In this document: piece after piece, positions 63,133 through 64,000 of the stretch | Layout of the letters: each line of letters starts with the position of its first letter | Numbering within the stretch: the stretch's first letter is position 1 | From: Cladosporium halotolerans | Lineage: Eukaryota | Assembly: GCF_011745625.1 (NCBI RefSeq) | Contig: NW_027191455.1 | Coordinates: forward strand, 558,001 to 622,000 | Reading direction: 5' to 3' | Length of the DNA stretch: 64,000 bases | Program-made: the position numbers and the translations under genes | The notes under the pieces: model-generated | Seen by the model: only the letters and a program-made list of their open reading frames with translations | What the model was told of the DNA's origin: nothing | Databases searched by the model: none

Positions 63133-64000
63133 ATGCGCAGCCCTTTACCAGACTCAAGCCATTTGGAAGCCGGCATTGTCGAAGACGCCGTGCCGTCGCG
63201 ACTATCGCGCGTTCACGACAATGTTCGAGATCTCTTACGACGATCAGTCTTTGGCTCTGTCAATGGCTCTGCTGCACCATCACCGGCTCTTCCGTCTGCC
63301 AATTGCGTTCTTCCTAGTCCCATTGCACGAACAACAACATGTACTCAGAGTGGATCGGATAATCGACCAAGCCCATCGGAAACATCACCAACCTCTTCGT
63401 TCGACAACGTGCCGGGAGTGCTCTTTCCACCATGGCGCCAACGAGATCGCGCCGACGCATCCACCACATCCGTAACAACAGCCGCCTCAACCAACAGCCA
63501 CCCAGACCTAGAAGCCCAAGCTCTATCCGCCTTCCGCGAACAAAAACGCTCCAAACGCCAACAACAACGAGCCTGGAAGCGGCCCAAACCCCCCAAACGC
63601 AAGCGCAAATCCCACAGCGGCAAATACCTCTTCTGCGCCGTGCTTGCTCTCGTTTTCTGCGGCCTGCTGGCAACATGTAAGAACCACTTTCGCCCTCCCT
63701 TTCAACCCTAAACAACAACTAAACCATCCCCCTCCAGACATAGCCCTAACAACAACCTCCCCAACCGTCTCCCCCCTCCTCCACGCCCTCTTCATCCTCG
63801 CCCTCCTCTTCACCACCATCGTCTTCACCCACTCCCTCGTCCGCCACTGCTGCCTCAAACCCCACGGCCGCAAGAAACCGCGCCTCGTCCGCATCGAGCC
63901 CGCTCCGAGGCGCAGACGCCACCGTCGTCACGAGAGGGACGCTTCGACAGCAACAGCGACAGCGGCAGAAGCTGCGCCAGAACACTACGTCCCCGCGACT
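63133..64000 (+). CDS. Hypothetical membrane protein, 3'-incomplete (intron ~63677-63737)
   Basis: ATG ORF with basic stretch then TM (YLFCAVLALVFCGLLAT), GTAAGA donor, CTAAA/CAG acceptor, and second TM LLHALFILALLFTTIVFTHSLVR. Confidence 0.65.

Overview
This is a gene-dense, intron-containing stretch of a filamentous ascomycete (Pezizomycotina) chromosome with about 30 protein-coding genes. I recognised no rRNA, tRNA, CRISPR array or intact transposon. Recognisable genes: a Cu-transporting P-type ATPase (3' end), an IZH/PAQR receptor, an acetolactate-decarboxylase-like protein, a stand-alone LigD 3'-phosphoesterase, TIM10, a head-to-head NoxD(Pro41)/NoxA pair, MED10, RBG1/DRG1, a CENP-B-type HTH protein lacking a DDE domain, a PXA-domain protein, cysteine dioxygenase, a CAP10/GT90 glycosyltransferase, a Zn2Cys6 TF + RraA-like aldolase + MDR oxidoreductase trio, an LMBR1 protein, a secreted beta-helix protein, a PTH11-like protein, an NT-C2 protein, a GST-like protein, galactonate dehydratase, NPR2, SOM1/FLO8, BET3 and the U5-40K WD40 protein. 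Most noteworthy observations: (1) a hidden terminal exon of the PXA gene behind a ~1.17 kb hairpin-rich intron whose donor site carries an in-frame stop; (2) an ALDC homologue that has lost its zinc-ligand histidines; (3) a protein-coding, in-frame optional intron in SOM1; (4) recurrent strand-independent C-rich to G-rich skew switches that appear to reshape protein sequence; (5) the divergent NoxD-NoxA module. Exon boundaries and family calls were made by eye, without database searches.
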